This document shows positions 14,196 to 28,700 of a stretch of 64,000 nt of DNA, piece after piece. The notes below the pieces were generated by a model that was not told where the DNA came from, did no database searches, and saw only the letters and a list, made by a program, of their open reading frames with translations. A program made the translations under genes and the position numbers. Origin of the DNA: Trichoplax sp. H2 (lineage: Eukaryota). Numbering within the stretch: position 1 is the stretch's first letter; each line of letters starts with the position of its first letter. Location of the stretch: positions 310,001 to 374,000 of the forward strand of contig NOWV01000027.1 of the NCBI GenBank assembly GCA_003344405.1, read 5' to 3'.

Positions 14196-16735
14196 ATGAT
14201 AAAGTAAAGTGTTATTCTTCATCTACCTATAGAATTAAGAAAAATAACTTTGACATAGCTTAAAGGTGATTATTTCTGTCACCATAGCAAGTTTTTTATG
14301 ACCGCTTTGACAAGCATCATGTCGCTCGTTAATCCTAGACGCCTCCTTCAATTTATTCATTGCTACCGTAGAACAAAATTTTAGGCTCTATTTTCAATCT
14401 TAATGGATAACAACTGTTATGATAGTTTGTTATAGCTACTTTAGTGATCGAGTATTGGTCTACTGTATATTCTTCCCTCCTTCTTCCATGAATGTATCTA
14501 TTTTGAATATTAAAGAGTATAATTTAATGGATGGCTAAAACATTAATTTTTGTTATTGTTGGCCTGCTGATTAATAGAAGGCATTGATGACGCTTTAAAA
14601 TATGTCTAATGCAGTGATAATTGTCTGGACAAGTTAATCAACTCGATTATCAAAACATTGATCTATTTTATTTTTAGATGCAATCCTCAAATAATAGCTT
14701 GGATTTGATGTATTTCTCCTTTCTATTATCGAATTGAAAATAATCAATTTTTATTCTTTTTATTTTAACCTACAGGCGCAACGTCACGCTTGGATAGATT
14801 ATCTATTCTGTGGCGGTTTTTACTTCTCTCTCTCTCTTCTTCGTTAAGGCAAGTATTATTTTCAACAATCTTTTTTAATTTAATGACATGATTATGATTG
14901 TATTATTATCTAGAAATTATTTTAAATTAAACTAGATTAATTTCACGTCTGTGACGGCACGTCTATTTTTTCAACCATCAATCAATCAGTCAATTAACTT
15001 TCTCTCTCCTTTCTGGACGAAGGAGATAAATTCTTGTTTCACACATTCATGTTAATGATAATCTATTTCAATAACGTGCAAGTCTTCTCACTACCTATTG
15101 AATTTGCAAGCATATTAATAACCCCTATAGACTGTCGATCATTTTGAATAGAGAGAGAGGTGAACAATAGTCAACAATCAATCAAGAATAACAATTCAAC
15201 AAGGTGAAGTTTGAACAAATATCGATAGCAAATCAATATCTAAACTCCATTTTGATTGTCTCCATCCAAATCAATATTGTTCCGCAACAACTGTTTATAG
15301 ATTATCCTAAAGTAGGTCAAGTTGAACAATAGCAATCGGTTTGTTATCAAAACAGCTGTTTTCTCCTGCTCACTATAACAAGACAAAAAATGCCACTGCA
15401 CTAACGGTATAGTTAGCAATATAAAGACAATACCACACTCCATTAGTCATCAAGTCGGTTACATGTAAATTTATTAGTAGATTGGTTGTTATTATTTTCT
15501 GATTGGACGATTGAACCAGTCTGCCGTTCAAGAAAGGAGAAAACTGTTGAGTCTACGTGATCGATCATCATCGATAAAAAGGTATTACGTGAATTTTCAA
15601 TCTATCATTTATTTGGATAGATGATTGAATCCTTTGTCGCTTGCATATTATTCGTCATCGATTGCAATCGATTTATTCATCAATTCTTTTGGTTATCGCA
15701 TCATTCTATGAGGTAGTAAATGAATTATTAATAGTACAGTGCAAAGCAAAAATCTTTGATCTATTCTGCTATCATTGGGATTTTATGACTAAAAATTAAC
15801 GCTAAAAATTGATCCGTGCTCAATTAGTCCCGTTGGGAGACCAATTGGATTAGTAATTGATCTAGCTTTATTACGCTAGAACTGTTCCTTCGCCATTAAA
15901 TTATCAACAATTTGATCAAATTTTGAATACATCTATACTCTGAGCATTTCCACTTGAATGGTGAGATTACTGATACATTTATTGATCGATCTTTGATTTC
16001 TTCATTTTCTAACATTAAATGATCCATCTTGATTCAAGTACAGCCTTGAACTAGTTACCAATTATTTTATAATTTGAGTTGTAAATTTAATCAGCTAATT
16101 TATCCATTTCTCCAGTTGATATATTGATTGAATTATCTCATTTTAAAAAAAACACCGGTATAAATCTCTAATCGTGTACCCATTACAGTTTTGAAGAAAG
16201 AATCTAATCAAGTTTGGAAAATTCTATTTTGCTCTAGATCGAGTCAATAGATCATCTCATTTTAAGAAAAGAAATTCCTTCTTGGCGTATTTGATGTTAT
16301 GATTCATCTTAACCTAATAAAGATTCGGTAATATTGAACTAATTCAAATACAGTCACTCGTTGTGAACAAATTATTTTAAGTCTCGTTCCATATCTCGCA
16401 TCTTGCAGCTAGCGGTGATTCCTTTGACTTTATACGGCGATCTTATTTGAGTCTACAAGTATTAAAAGTTGGATTAAAGTGCCGGATTGAACAGGTAGAA
16501 CAGTCAAGGAAGAAAGTTGTAACCATTTGCCTTTCCTATTATACTATTTTTCTATATGTGTTGGCTTAACCTAAACATCCGCTAGAAAGAAAAGAGAAAG
16601 CCCATCATCAAAAGTCATTTCCAGCGAATCGAACTTTTTTATCCAGATTATCAACTGTCCGATCTATACCCATTCTTTTTTTGCCATTATTTTGAACTTA
16701 AATTATAGCATTCCACAAGAAGTAGCCAATTAAAA

Positions 16736-19700
16736 ATGTACCATTCCCGTTCATTGCATCATTATTTCATGATTATCAAAGCAATCAGCGTTATTTTAGC
16801 TATAAGTGGGTATAGGATTGTTGCATCGGCTGAGGCTGAAAATAAACAAGATTCGACTTTAAATATTGGTGGTTTTTATGCTTTTAACAACAGCTTGGGA
16901 AAACACCTATATGGTCCAGAGATTTCAACCGTTGCTCAAATAGCCGTGGAAGAAATTAATAATTCCACATCGATCTTACCAAACCATAAATTAAAATTAT
17001 TTGTAGAAAATACTCATGTAAGTATCCTAATGTAAACTTTTTTATTCTCGTTTTCTTTCTTACTGTTTGAATCCAACCATGGATTTATAGACCTTGAAAA
17101 AGTCTATTTTACAGTAAATTATTTTTCAGGTTATTTTGTTATAGGCTTGATGATAATTTGATTAGTCTTTCTCTGTCCTCTTATTGTTAACCTACGTATG
17201 ATATCCTATGTCGGCTTTAACGCCACCATTTTATACGTAGTAAGAATAAGATGGACCATGACAACGCTGTATTTCTTTGCCAATAACACAACATCACTAG
17301 CGTCTTAATCTTCAATTACTGTTTGCAATCGACATGGATCGGCCAAGAAATTCTCTTTCAGAAAAGACATGTTACTTTCAATTAAAAAGCCCTAGGGGTA
17401 TATTGCTACGATTTTTCAACAATATATCTGTTATTGATGAGGTTGGAGCGGTTTTGTTCACTATCGATTATAAGTAATAGCCAATATTGGCCATTTATTG
17501 CTTTAATAGCTTTTGATACTAGTATCGATAGATGAAAAAGGGCAAAAATACTATAGCGGAAACGAAGGAATAGATCACAGCTCAATATATCCCATTACAG
17601 CTAGTATTTTTCTTGAATAGCAGTAGCATAACAAGTATTTCGCATTTAATTTTCAGTAATCTTCCATTGAATTATCATCTAACTGGGATTTTTCTGAGAA
17701 TCAAATATGGTTTATTTCTGTCGAGAGTGCAGGAAGATCATTGACAAAAGGGACTTCTCTTAATAGCAATACTACCGTAGCCGTATTTAATAATCGATTT
17801 TCCTCTCTGAAGAAGGAGTAAAATTCATTTCCAATTGATAATAACAGAACATCGTTAGTACTGTCATCGTGTAAAGGATAAATAATTAATCAGTACTAAC
17901 GGTAGTTGTGATGAGACATCTTTGCAGCCAACTACTTTCATTTCCATTCCTATCAGTAGTATTCAAGTAGGATCTGGTAGCGATGACAAAGGACGATAAT
18001 CAAACTACCCACCATCATCATACTCTTCATCATCCGATACTTTAAAATTGGCTGCTACCGGTTACATCAAAGTAATTGTAACGACTAAGCTTGCCTTGAA
18101 TTAAAAATAACTATCCTTGATAATCTTGATTTAATAGTTAAACATTGCATATAAAGAAAGTTGAAAAAATTTTCTTCGACTTCAAAGCTCAGAACCACGT
18201 TTAGTCTGTTCGCTTTAAGATATTTGCGTTTTACCTTCAATAAAATGGATAAATGATGTCATCATCGATACCTATTAGTCTTGTATTCGTCACCAATTAC
18301 TATAATTAACTGTAATAATTTTCTATTCGATAACCAAAGAGAGTCAAAAATCTTTCTTGACTTCTTTGCTCATTACTACCATACGTTTATTCATTTTATT
18401 TAAAATATCATCACTTTGCCAGCGACATAACGGATAAACGCTACCTCATAGGTATCCATTAATCTTAAATTTGTCATCCAAACCTTTTATTATTTCTATA
18501 ATTTCATATTTCATAAGCAAGAAGAGTTACAAAAACACCTCTTTTTGACTAAATTGCTCATAATCACGTGTAGTTTATTTGGTTAAATATTAAAATTTCA
18601 TAGCTTTACCTTCAACAAAATGAATAAATGATACCATCATCTCCACTAAGAAGCCTTCTATTCGTCACCTTATTAATCTTTTCCAATAATTCTAAATTTT
18701 ATAACTAATAGAGTTGAAAATACTTGACGAAGCCCTTTTTATGAGCTCTTCAATTAAATTCAAAATTTTACGTTAATAAGGAGAGAGTTCTAGAATGGCC
18801 ATTTGGACCTTTTTACGCAGAACTACTTATAAAATATACGCTTAATGACATCTTCATCCGTACGACTTCTATTTTCCGTCAAATCGAAAGAATTAGCTTC
18901 AAAATTTTACATTAAATAGCCAAAGAGAGTTCTAAAATCTCCTTTTTGACTTCTTTGTGCAGAACTACTTAAACTATATAAGGTAAACGACGCCTTCATC
19001 TGTACGACTTCTATTTCTAACCAAATCGAAAGAATTAGCTTCAAAATTTTACATTTAATAATCAAAGAAACTTTAAAAATGTCCTTTTGACTTCTTTGCG
19101 TAGAGCTACCTAAAATAGATACGGCAAAAAATGCCACCAAATGCCACTCTTAATCTTACTTTCTCTACTAAGTATATACACGTAGAATTAGTTTTTCAAA
19201 TTTGACATTAAATAACCGAAGAGGGTTCAAAAAATGCCCTTTATTAATTTCTTTGCGCTGAATTACCCAAAATACATACAGTAAACAATGCTCTCTATCA
19301 ATATTACTTACATTACTTAGCTAATAGAAAAAATATTATTTCAAAAATTGTACATTAGCTAACCAAAGAAATTCATAAAATATCCTTTTTGAGCTCTTTG
19401 CGCAACACTACCTAAAACTAAATTGATACAGCAAAAGAGGCCATCATTGGCACTACTTAATCCTACTTTCCCGCCCAATATACATGCATAGAATAAGTTT
19501 CAAAATTTCATATTGAATAACCAAAGGAGTAGAAAAGGTTCTTACTTCGACCGCTTCGCGTATATCTAACTGCCTAAAATATATAAATGAATGCATAATA
19601 TATAATTGCCAACATTTAATCATGCATTCATTACTAAATACGAATCGGGACGTATAATTAGTTTCCAAAACGTTATATTAAATAAGTAAAGAGTTCAAAA

Positions 19701-22700
19701 ATGCCCTTTTTAACTGTCTTTTGTAGATAACTATCTAAAATTAATATGATAAACGATGGCATCATCCGCACCAATCAGTCTTGAATTTGTCATTAAATAT
19801 TTCTAATCGTTTTCCATTAATGATTTCAGAATCCTAAATTAAATGCTATCGACGACTTTACAAACTTTTTTACACAGTTTATCTCAATAACGTAACTGCT
19901 CTTCGTGACTATACAGGGATGAACCAGTCCTTTATTACTTTCATGTTCTTACTTTTGTAATTGTAGTCTATTTCGGTTAAAGGATTATCCGTTTGCCTTC
20001 ACAAACAGATAGAAGGCGCTATTATCGCCATCACTTATGGTAACGAGAATCAGTTATAGACAACATTAGAATCCTCCTGTTCATCCTAGCCCTGAAATAG
20101 CTTTGACAGAATTCTCCATGAGTCTAAGAGCAATTTTTCGTCTCATATCCAAAACAATTACTGCTATCTACCTCTACTCATATTGACAAGTCGAGTTGTC
20201 AAAATAGGATCACCTAGCCTTCCACACAATCGATGGCTCTGTATTGCAGCCCGAATTAGCTTAATAAATTGTAGGAAGTCACTAAATGATCTATAAAATG
20301 GTAAGATTAACGCAGTATGTGCAAGATTGCAGACTAACTGAAATCTTAACATTGTGTTAGGAGCGTATAAGCGTATCCATACTAAATAATTACAGAGAGT
20401 ATTATTGTATTGGTTAGGAATGTCTGATTGAGAAGTTGGACAGCAGAGATAATGTTGAGTAATCTAATGCTAGACTAATCAGAAATTGTAGACCTAAATA
20501 GAGTAGAATCATAATGGATAAGCATGAGATCTTTACTCCCAGAGATTTAATTAGTCTTGCTCTTTGTCAGGGCTAATAGATAATATCTATGTTACAATGA
20601 GCGGTAGTCGAAAATGTGAAAATTCTATTCTCTGTCCTAGTTTTTAAATTGCATTGATATAATCCTTGGTGATAATATCAGCAGTTTTACGCTTTCTAAT
20701 CGCAGAGTTGACAAATTCCTTCTTTATCTCTTTGCTCACAACCAATACAGATTTATTCATTTCAAGAGATGATCAGCTAGCCTTGAATTAAGTGGATTTA
20801 TGGTAGTATCATTCTTTAGCAAACAGAAGTCCAATCTAGCCTAGAATGACTTTAGCATTGCACAAAATATTATCTGCTGACATACCATACAGATAGACAT
20901 AGATTTCCTGTTTGCTTATGGGATCGTTCACAAAGATGGTCATCACTACCCATAGTAGCACTAACAAGCTTCTATCTATAATGGAATAGGATCTCTTCCT
21001 ATCCATGGTGTTACAATTTTATTAAAATGGCGGCTAAGACAAAAAAAAGAATAATGAAATACAGTAGTAACACTAATAAGTTCTTCTATTTTTGTCACTC
21101 AATGCGTACAATATCATTACGTAATGGAGAAGTCTTTGATCAAAATGAGAATTAAACTATAATAGCAGCTATACTTCTCACAACAAACTGCGTGAGTTTT
21201 AGAATATCATCAGTTTGTCATTAGATAAACCGACAATAAAGGGAATATCAATGTCAGTTGCTAATTCAAGGTTAGAATCCTACGCTATGATATCCATGAC
21301 GATAATAGCTTTTCATCGTTGTATATTTTTTAACTTTCAACTAGGTTAAAAAAATGGAGAGATAAGCCAATCTAGGAGAAGGTGCTTGTCAAATCAGTCA
21401 GAATGGATATTATCCAATTAGTTTAAATATGGTGTACAGCTTAATCTTGACATCTATGTTAATCCTAATACAATTTAATCTACCAAAAATTAACAATAAT
21501 CTACCCTTACATTGTATATACATTACAAATGCAAAAAGTCATAGATAAAGAGTACTGTAACATTATATTTTACTACAAGTTCTTCCTTTCTCATTTATAC
21601 GGAAGTAAATACGATTTTTTACTGAATGATATTAAGCTAAGAAAGGAAAATAAACTGCGATATCAAACCAGCCAAAGATACACTGCTTAAGAAATACATT
21701 CCCAATTGAGGTTTTCCTTTCTATTTTCTTTTTATTGCCAGGGATTTTTTAATTTGCACGACAGTAAGCGACGAAGAATAATTAATTTCAGTGCATAGGT
21801 AATTCTGTTTAGGGTGAATTAGCTATCAAAAGCCGAGAAAGAAGGATTGAAATTCGGTTAGTCAAAGATGAACAGCGTTTTGGTATTACTGTCACAGACA
21901 TCATTCGAATAACAGTACAAATTCTTTTCCCTCTCTTTTTGTAAGCCACCAATTCTGGTATTGCATTAAATTGCAGGGAATGATTCTTATAATTTAGATA
22001 AAGTGGACTTGTTTTAAACTTAGTCAGTTATTGAGAGCTGTGGGAGGATTAAAAATTCGACTAATCAACGATGAACAACATTCCAATGTCACGGTCACAG
22101 ATATTCATTTCAGTAAGAGTGGAAATGTTTTCTTTCTTTCCAAATATTTTCGAATAGCATTAAGCTACGAAGAAATGATTAATTTTAACAATAGTGAAAA
22201 TGCTTTCTTCCTTTTCAACTATTTTCGTATAGCATTAAGCAACGAAGAATGATTAGTCTAGATCAAGTAAACAATGTTTTGGAATTAGTTGGCTGTTGAA
22301 AGCCATGAAAGGAAGATCAAAATCCACTAGTCAAAGATGAGCATCGTTTTAATATCACTGTGGTAGATGTTCATTTTGAATGATAGTGAAAATTTTTCTT
22401 TCACAAATCTTTTTTGCAATCCATCGATTTTCGTATGCATTAAGCTGCGACAAATAATTAATTTAAAAGAAATGGATTTGTTGAAGGTTAGCTAGCTATT
22501 AAAAGCTAAGAAAGGAAGATTAAAATTCTGCTAATCAAGGATAAACTGTTTCAACATCTGTATTCAAGGAGTACATTTGAATTGGTATGAATATTCTTTC
22601 TTGCCCTTGCCTTAATGTTAACCATTTCCTTTCCCATGACACTAAATTACAAAAGATTAATAATAAAATAGACTATTTCTTAAAATGAACGAATCTATTC

Positions 22701-25700
22701 TATTCGTCTAAGGTAGAGTAATTTTAATTTTAGCCTGCCATCATCTTCTACTTTGCCCACTGTTATTACCCTATTATACGAATATTTGTCTATCTGTCAA
22801 ATTAATCCCATCATCTTCAAGTAGAATAAATAATTTCTTAGTTAGCGACCCACTACAAGAGGTCTTCAAGAATGGAGAATATTAAAATCATTTTATAGTT
22901 TTAGTCAAGTTTTTTTTCTTACGTAATTTCATTCACGGAACAGAAGTAATTAGGCAGTGATCTGGTTGAGATAATAAAAGTTGATTTTATACTACAGTAG
23001 AATCTTTAATATTATTAGTATTATTAGCAATAATTCGCTTAAGATACTTCTCGAATATTTCCCAATTTATAGATGTAATCTATTCAATTTTTACTCCTAC
23101 TTTACAACGCTTTCTTGCATTAACAGAGTCATATTACCCTCTCTTATTGATAAGTTAATATGATGGAATAAGGAATTTGCTATTGTTCTCTGATTGGACT
23201 TATCTGTTAATAACTTATCCACCCTATCAATAAAGTTATGTTAATAATTAAAGAAGTCAAAATAAATAGTAATTATTGATGTAGCACTTTCGTTATGCCA
23301 CATCTTTTTCGTATATATGCATCTTCAAACCATCGCGTAACCATAACGATGACCTATTTTCTCAATTTCTTCTCTCATATATTAACATGACCAGGCTAAT
23401 TTTGGACTCTACAGTGGAAGACTCATCATTTATATTGACAATAAGCAAAATCATAACTTACTAGTAGACATTAGGTAAACAACCAGGAAAAAAATACTCT
23501 TCTAGATGGCTGTCTTTAGATTCGCTCGAATCGTGACTATGATCCAATAGCAGTTTGATATTGAATGACATGAATAGCGGACTGCTTCATATTTATATTA
23601 ATAGAAGTAATGTATACGTTAGTTTACAATGTCCAAGACAATTATAACGAAAAGATATTAATCATTTCTTCGGATGTTAAAAGTACTATTATAGGTTAAC
23701 TGTTATAATAAACAGGGGACTATAATATATTTATTGATGTTAGATATATTGCTTTGGGAGGAAGTATAATTTTGGGTTGATCGGTAATTAATTATGGACT
23801 GTTCATTTTATATGCGAGCTACGCACGTTTTTCATTTTCCATTGTGTTAAAATATAGAATCGTTGTGTAGATATATATATATACTGTACGTATATGAATG
23901 ACTCGAATAAAATTTTGTTCAGGATCGGAGAAATAAATAGTATCACTTATTTTACCTAATTCTTATATTCTAGGGATCCGTAAATTATGCTCAACGCGCA
24001 TTCTTTAATTACGTTTATTACAAGCCTACAAAAATCATGTTATTAGGAGCAGATTTTTCTACGGTAACAGAACCATTAGCCACAACTTCATCGTTATGGA
24101 ATTTAATTCAGGTATGCTAAATTACTATGGTTAATGTCATTATGCTATCTAAGAAATACTGTAATTTTAATGTAGTACCTAAGTCCAATATGGATATTGC
24201 CAGACAATTTAACATTAATTATAGAGAACATATAATATTGATTTTACGTAATTATCCAGAATATATAATACTGATTTTTCACCTTATTATCCGGAATGTA
24301 TAATATTGATTTTATCCTGATTTATTATCAAGAATGTAAAATATCAATTTTTACTGTATTATTGATGATATGTGATTTAGACTTTCTTTCTGAATATTTA
24401 TTCCATCACAACTATAGTTGCAATATAAGTTTCAGCAGAATTTTTTACAGCTTTACAATAGCTGACATATTGTATAATGCAACTTAAATTCTTCCCGCCT
24501 AAAAGCTCGCATCTATGATTAATATGGCATTTGTGATATTAAGTCAGTACAAATATATAGTTCGGTGCCTTAGTTTAGAGATAATGAAAGATAGATTTAC
24601 TGATTTCAACCATGGCAGTGATCATTGCTTAATGCAAAAACTATTAAGATAAGAGGCAAAATCTAGCAGTATTTAGATCATTCATAGTGGAACGCTTGGG
24701 TAAAATGGCCATTTTTTAGTATCGATACGGAAGCAATCCAGATATAAAGTAAAAATTAGTAGTAGTTGGACCTTTAAATTAGAAGGCATAGTGACTATTT
24801 AAGGCGGAAATAGTTGATATATATAGCTGGAATGATCGGTATTCAGACATTTAGAATAGAAAACATCGGTAAAAATTATGATTGTCCCGTATAGAAAGCG
24901 CAATGATAGCTGTATATAGCTAGTAACATTAGATTTTTCTCACACTGATTATTTTAAGGTGTCATTTGCATCTACTTCTCCTGTTCTATCCAATCGTCAA
25001 CGATTTCCATACTTTTATCGTACTGTACAATCCGATATTGATTACAACGATCCAAGAATTGCTCTATTGCGTTATTTTCGATGGACTACCGTTGGAATTT
25101 TATATCAACTGGAAAACATTTTTTCAGAGGTAGCTGTATCTAAATGCAAAATTTCATACGAAAATAATCTACTTTTGAAAATGGATATATTGATGTGCAT
25201 AAGATAGGCGCAGATTTGAAAGCGGATTAAAATTGTACGTTGCTAACTGAATTTAATTGATGAGTTGATATACCAACCATTTTAATTCGACCATCACTAG
25301 GCCATGAGTAGCTTGAGAACAAGCCTTACAGCAGCAAATATTAAAATTAACGGCTATGAAACTTTTCGTGAAGATCCATATGACGCTGTTCGAGCACTAA
25401 AGGTTAAATTCTTTTTAATTAATAGCTAACCTAAATTGCACTAACTATTGAATTGAATCTAATATATTAATTCCTGTTGCTTTGTAAATCGTAGCGAAGA
25501 CTAACTATATTAACTTTATGGACGATCTATTTATTAAGATATTCAACGTTTTGCTCTTGACTTTGAATTATTTTCCTCGTAGAGTCGTGATGCTAGAATT
25601 ATCATTGCCAATTTCTATGAAAAACAGGGCGCTCATGTTCTTTGCGAGGTAAGACACCGGTGCTGCTGTAGATACAGTAATAAATTTCCTACTTAACTTT

Positions 25701-28700
25701 AACTGAATGACTATACGCTTATAAAAAGAATCATGTTTACGAGTATGTCGGCAAACTGGCTTCAGGTAACAACGGCATGATTGTCTTAGCTTGTTGCCAC
25801 TTGATACTGCAGATTCTACATATCTACAGCTAAATTTCACGACGGAGTTTATATCGTTAGCTAATAAGCTCAATCATTCATATCATTAGCTAATGAGATC
25901 AATAGTATTCTTATAGCTTAGTGTATAAAACTTTTTGCAATTTTAACTACAATTTTAAATTTTACTTAACTAATTTAATTCTATTAACGCGTTTTATTGT
26001 TATTAACTTCCTCTTTTAAATTGGTTTCTAGGCTTATCATCAAAATATGCGAGGTGGAAAATATGTTTGGATCTTGCTCGGATGGCTGCAAGGTCAATGG
26101 TGGAATACAACCGTTATAGCGCGATCCGGCAATTGTACCTCTAAGGAACTAATCGAAGTTTTGGATAATCATTTTACCACTGATTTGGTTTATTTAAACG
26201 ACGATAATGAAACGATTCCATCAGGGAAGGTAACCCACAATAACCAATGATATTAGTAAACTATAAATCATATTTAGATGAGAATCAATCATTTGCTGCG
26301 TAGAAGTGTACAAGAAGCTTTCGACATATTTTACTTTTGAAATAACATCATGCAATATGATAGTTTTCAAGGATGGTATTTAGTAAGATGCTTTTTTCAT
26401 AGCCAACTACGTGCATACCTTTCATGATGTAATTGATTAGCTTAAAATTTCAATGTTTGCATCAGAGATAGATTTTATTAGCTATGCTTTTCGTAATCAT
26501 AAAGCTGATTATTTAATAGACATTGCATTACAGTCACAGCACAATTCAAACGCTCAAATAATTACAACTCAATTTCCATTTTTTCTAGAATGTTAAACAA
26601 CTTGTAGCAGAATTAGAAGATCGATTAGGCTATCCTCCACAAACCCATGGTTATTATCCTTTTGCTTACGATGCTATCTATGCTATGGCATTCGCCATGA
26701 ACGTGACTGAAAACCAGTTATCAAAAAATAACAAATCTTTATCACAATTTCATTACGGCGACATTACAATGGCTAAAATGTTAAAAGATAACATGGATTA
26801 TGTAAAATTTCGCGGATTAACGGTACTTATTTTTCTACTGTATAAATTTCAAATAGATCTAAACCAAAATATATAGGTAGCTGTAATTGACTAGTGGATG
26901 ATAATCTAATTTAAAATATATTCGAATAGAGTAAAACATAGTTTATTTATTGTATAAAATAATTATGTATAATTTAGGGTCCAGTTAGCTTCAAATCAAC
27001 AGGGGATCGAGAGGGCAATACCAAGATAAATCAAATTCAATGTATGTATGAAATAGACGACATTGCAGTAGACAAAATTGCTGGAAAATTATAATTTTAT
27101 GTAATACGAAGCGAAATAATAATAATTATGGCAAGGATATGTCGATATCCTTTGTACTTTATATATATACATTGTGGTAATAAAAGTATAATTAGTATAC
27201 TTATACCTGTTAAATTCTAATTTAACTAATTTCATAAATTTTTAACTCGTCAGTTGAAGGAAATGTAGGCAATAAAGTACTCGTTGGAATTTACAAAAGT
27301 TCAAGTAAAGAAATCGTTATGAATAGGCAACTTATCAGATGGACCGGTAAGTGATGATGGAGTTTAAATGTAATGAAACAATTTTCTTGCGTAAATTCAA
27401 GATGTCAAGAGATAGCAAGGCGAAAATCTATAACTTTACTTCCTTATCAGCCTTGAATTTATTACGATATAAAAATCTTTTAAATTATTTGTCGTAAGAA
27501 CGTATCTATATTTAACAAATAAATAAATAAAATCAGGGGGAAAATATCAGGTGTATGTTGTACTATGTATTTGCGACAATTTAGATAATCAACATACATC
27601 GTCATTCTTTTAAGATAGTACCTCAGGTCTGCAATAACAATATGCAAAATTATAGTAGACATGTAGTAAAATAAGTTATCTTCTTGAAATAATCCCGAAA
27701 ATAAGCTAATATCTTCATTATTTTCTATATTAACTAAGCCTGAGTTAAAACACGAATCTTTCGTTTCAATTTTCTGTAGATAACTCCACACCAGTAGCCG
27801 CTGTTCGAAGGATTATAGAACCGACATCGATTAACTTAGACCTATTTATCGGTGCTTGTGCCACGGCGGCTTTGGGTATCGTGCTAGCGATCGGATTTCT
27901 CATTTTCAATCTTGTTTATCGAAACCATAGGTAATTTTATGTTGGTAATATCCTCAGTTTACTGTCATTACATTTGACATAAATTAAATTAGTGAAATAG
28001 AAGATTAATTAATTTTAATGCGCATAGAGAATATCTTCATATTGAAGTTACAACTATTAATGTTAAATACTAGATTTTACAAGCAAACTGCTCTCAATCT
28101 TAACAATTTTTTTATGTATACTCCCTCTAGATATATCAAAATGTCAAGTCCAAACTTAAATAACATCATCATTTTGGGTTGTATTATTATGTACGCCTCG
28201 GTATGTGTTTTTGGTCTGGACAATCGCTTCATTCCGGAACATTTACTTGTTCTAATATGTTCGGTTAGTATGGAAAAATATGAAATAAATTTATGCATAT
28301 GTAACTGCAGAATGATGGCATATAAATCGTTATAGCTGCTCCGATATCATGTATTTCAAATATTAACAATTATAACTATCCTAAACTTTATCTACTGGCA
28401 ATGATCATATTGTGATAATACAGATAAAATCTATCTAAATACAGTATAATCGTTAGAAAAATACACGTGCATTCATCAGTAGATTTACTCATGATGTATC
28501 TTTGGATATTCTATAAACAGTTACGCATGTGGGTACCAATCATTGGCTTTACCTTAGCCTTTGGTACAATGTTTGCCAAAACTTATCGAATCTACAAGAT
28601 ATTTGTTGGTAGTAGATCCAATAAGAAAGTGGTAGGTAGCACTTCAAAACATGAAATTATAATATTCAGTCTATAACTGCAATAGAAGGTAGTGTTTATT

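Noticed and set aside
2208..15443. Short ORFs (60-90 aa) in the intergenic region
   Set aside because: They have AT-biased I/L/F/Y/N composition, no recognisable motifs and no coherent exon chain.
18907..22252. ORFs inside GPCR intron 1
   Set aside because: Most coincide with degenerate tandem repeats and their frames are not preserved across units. None resembles a known protein.
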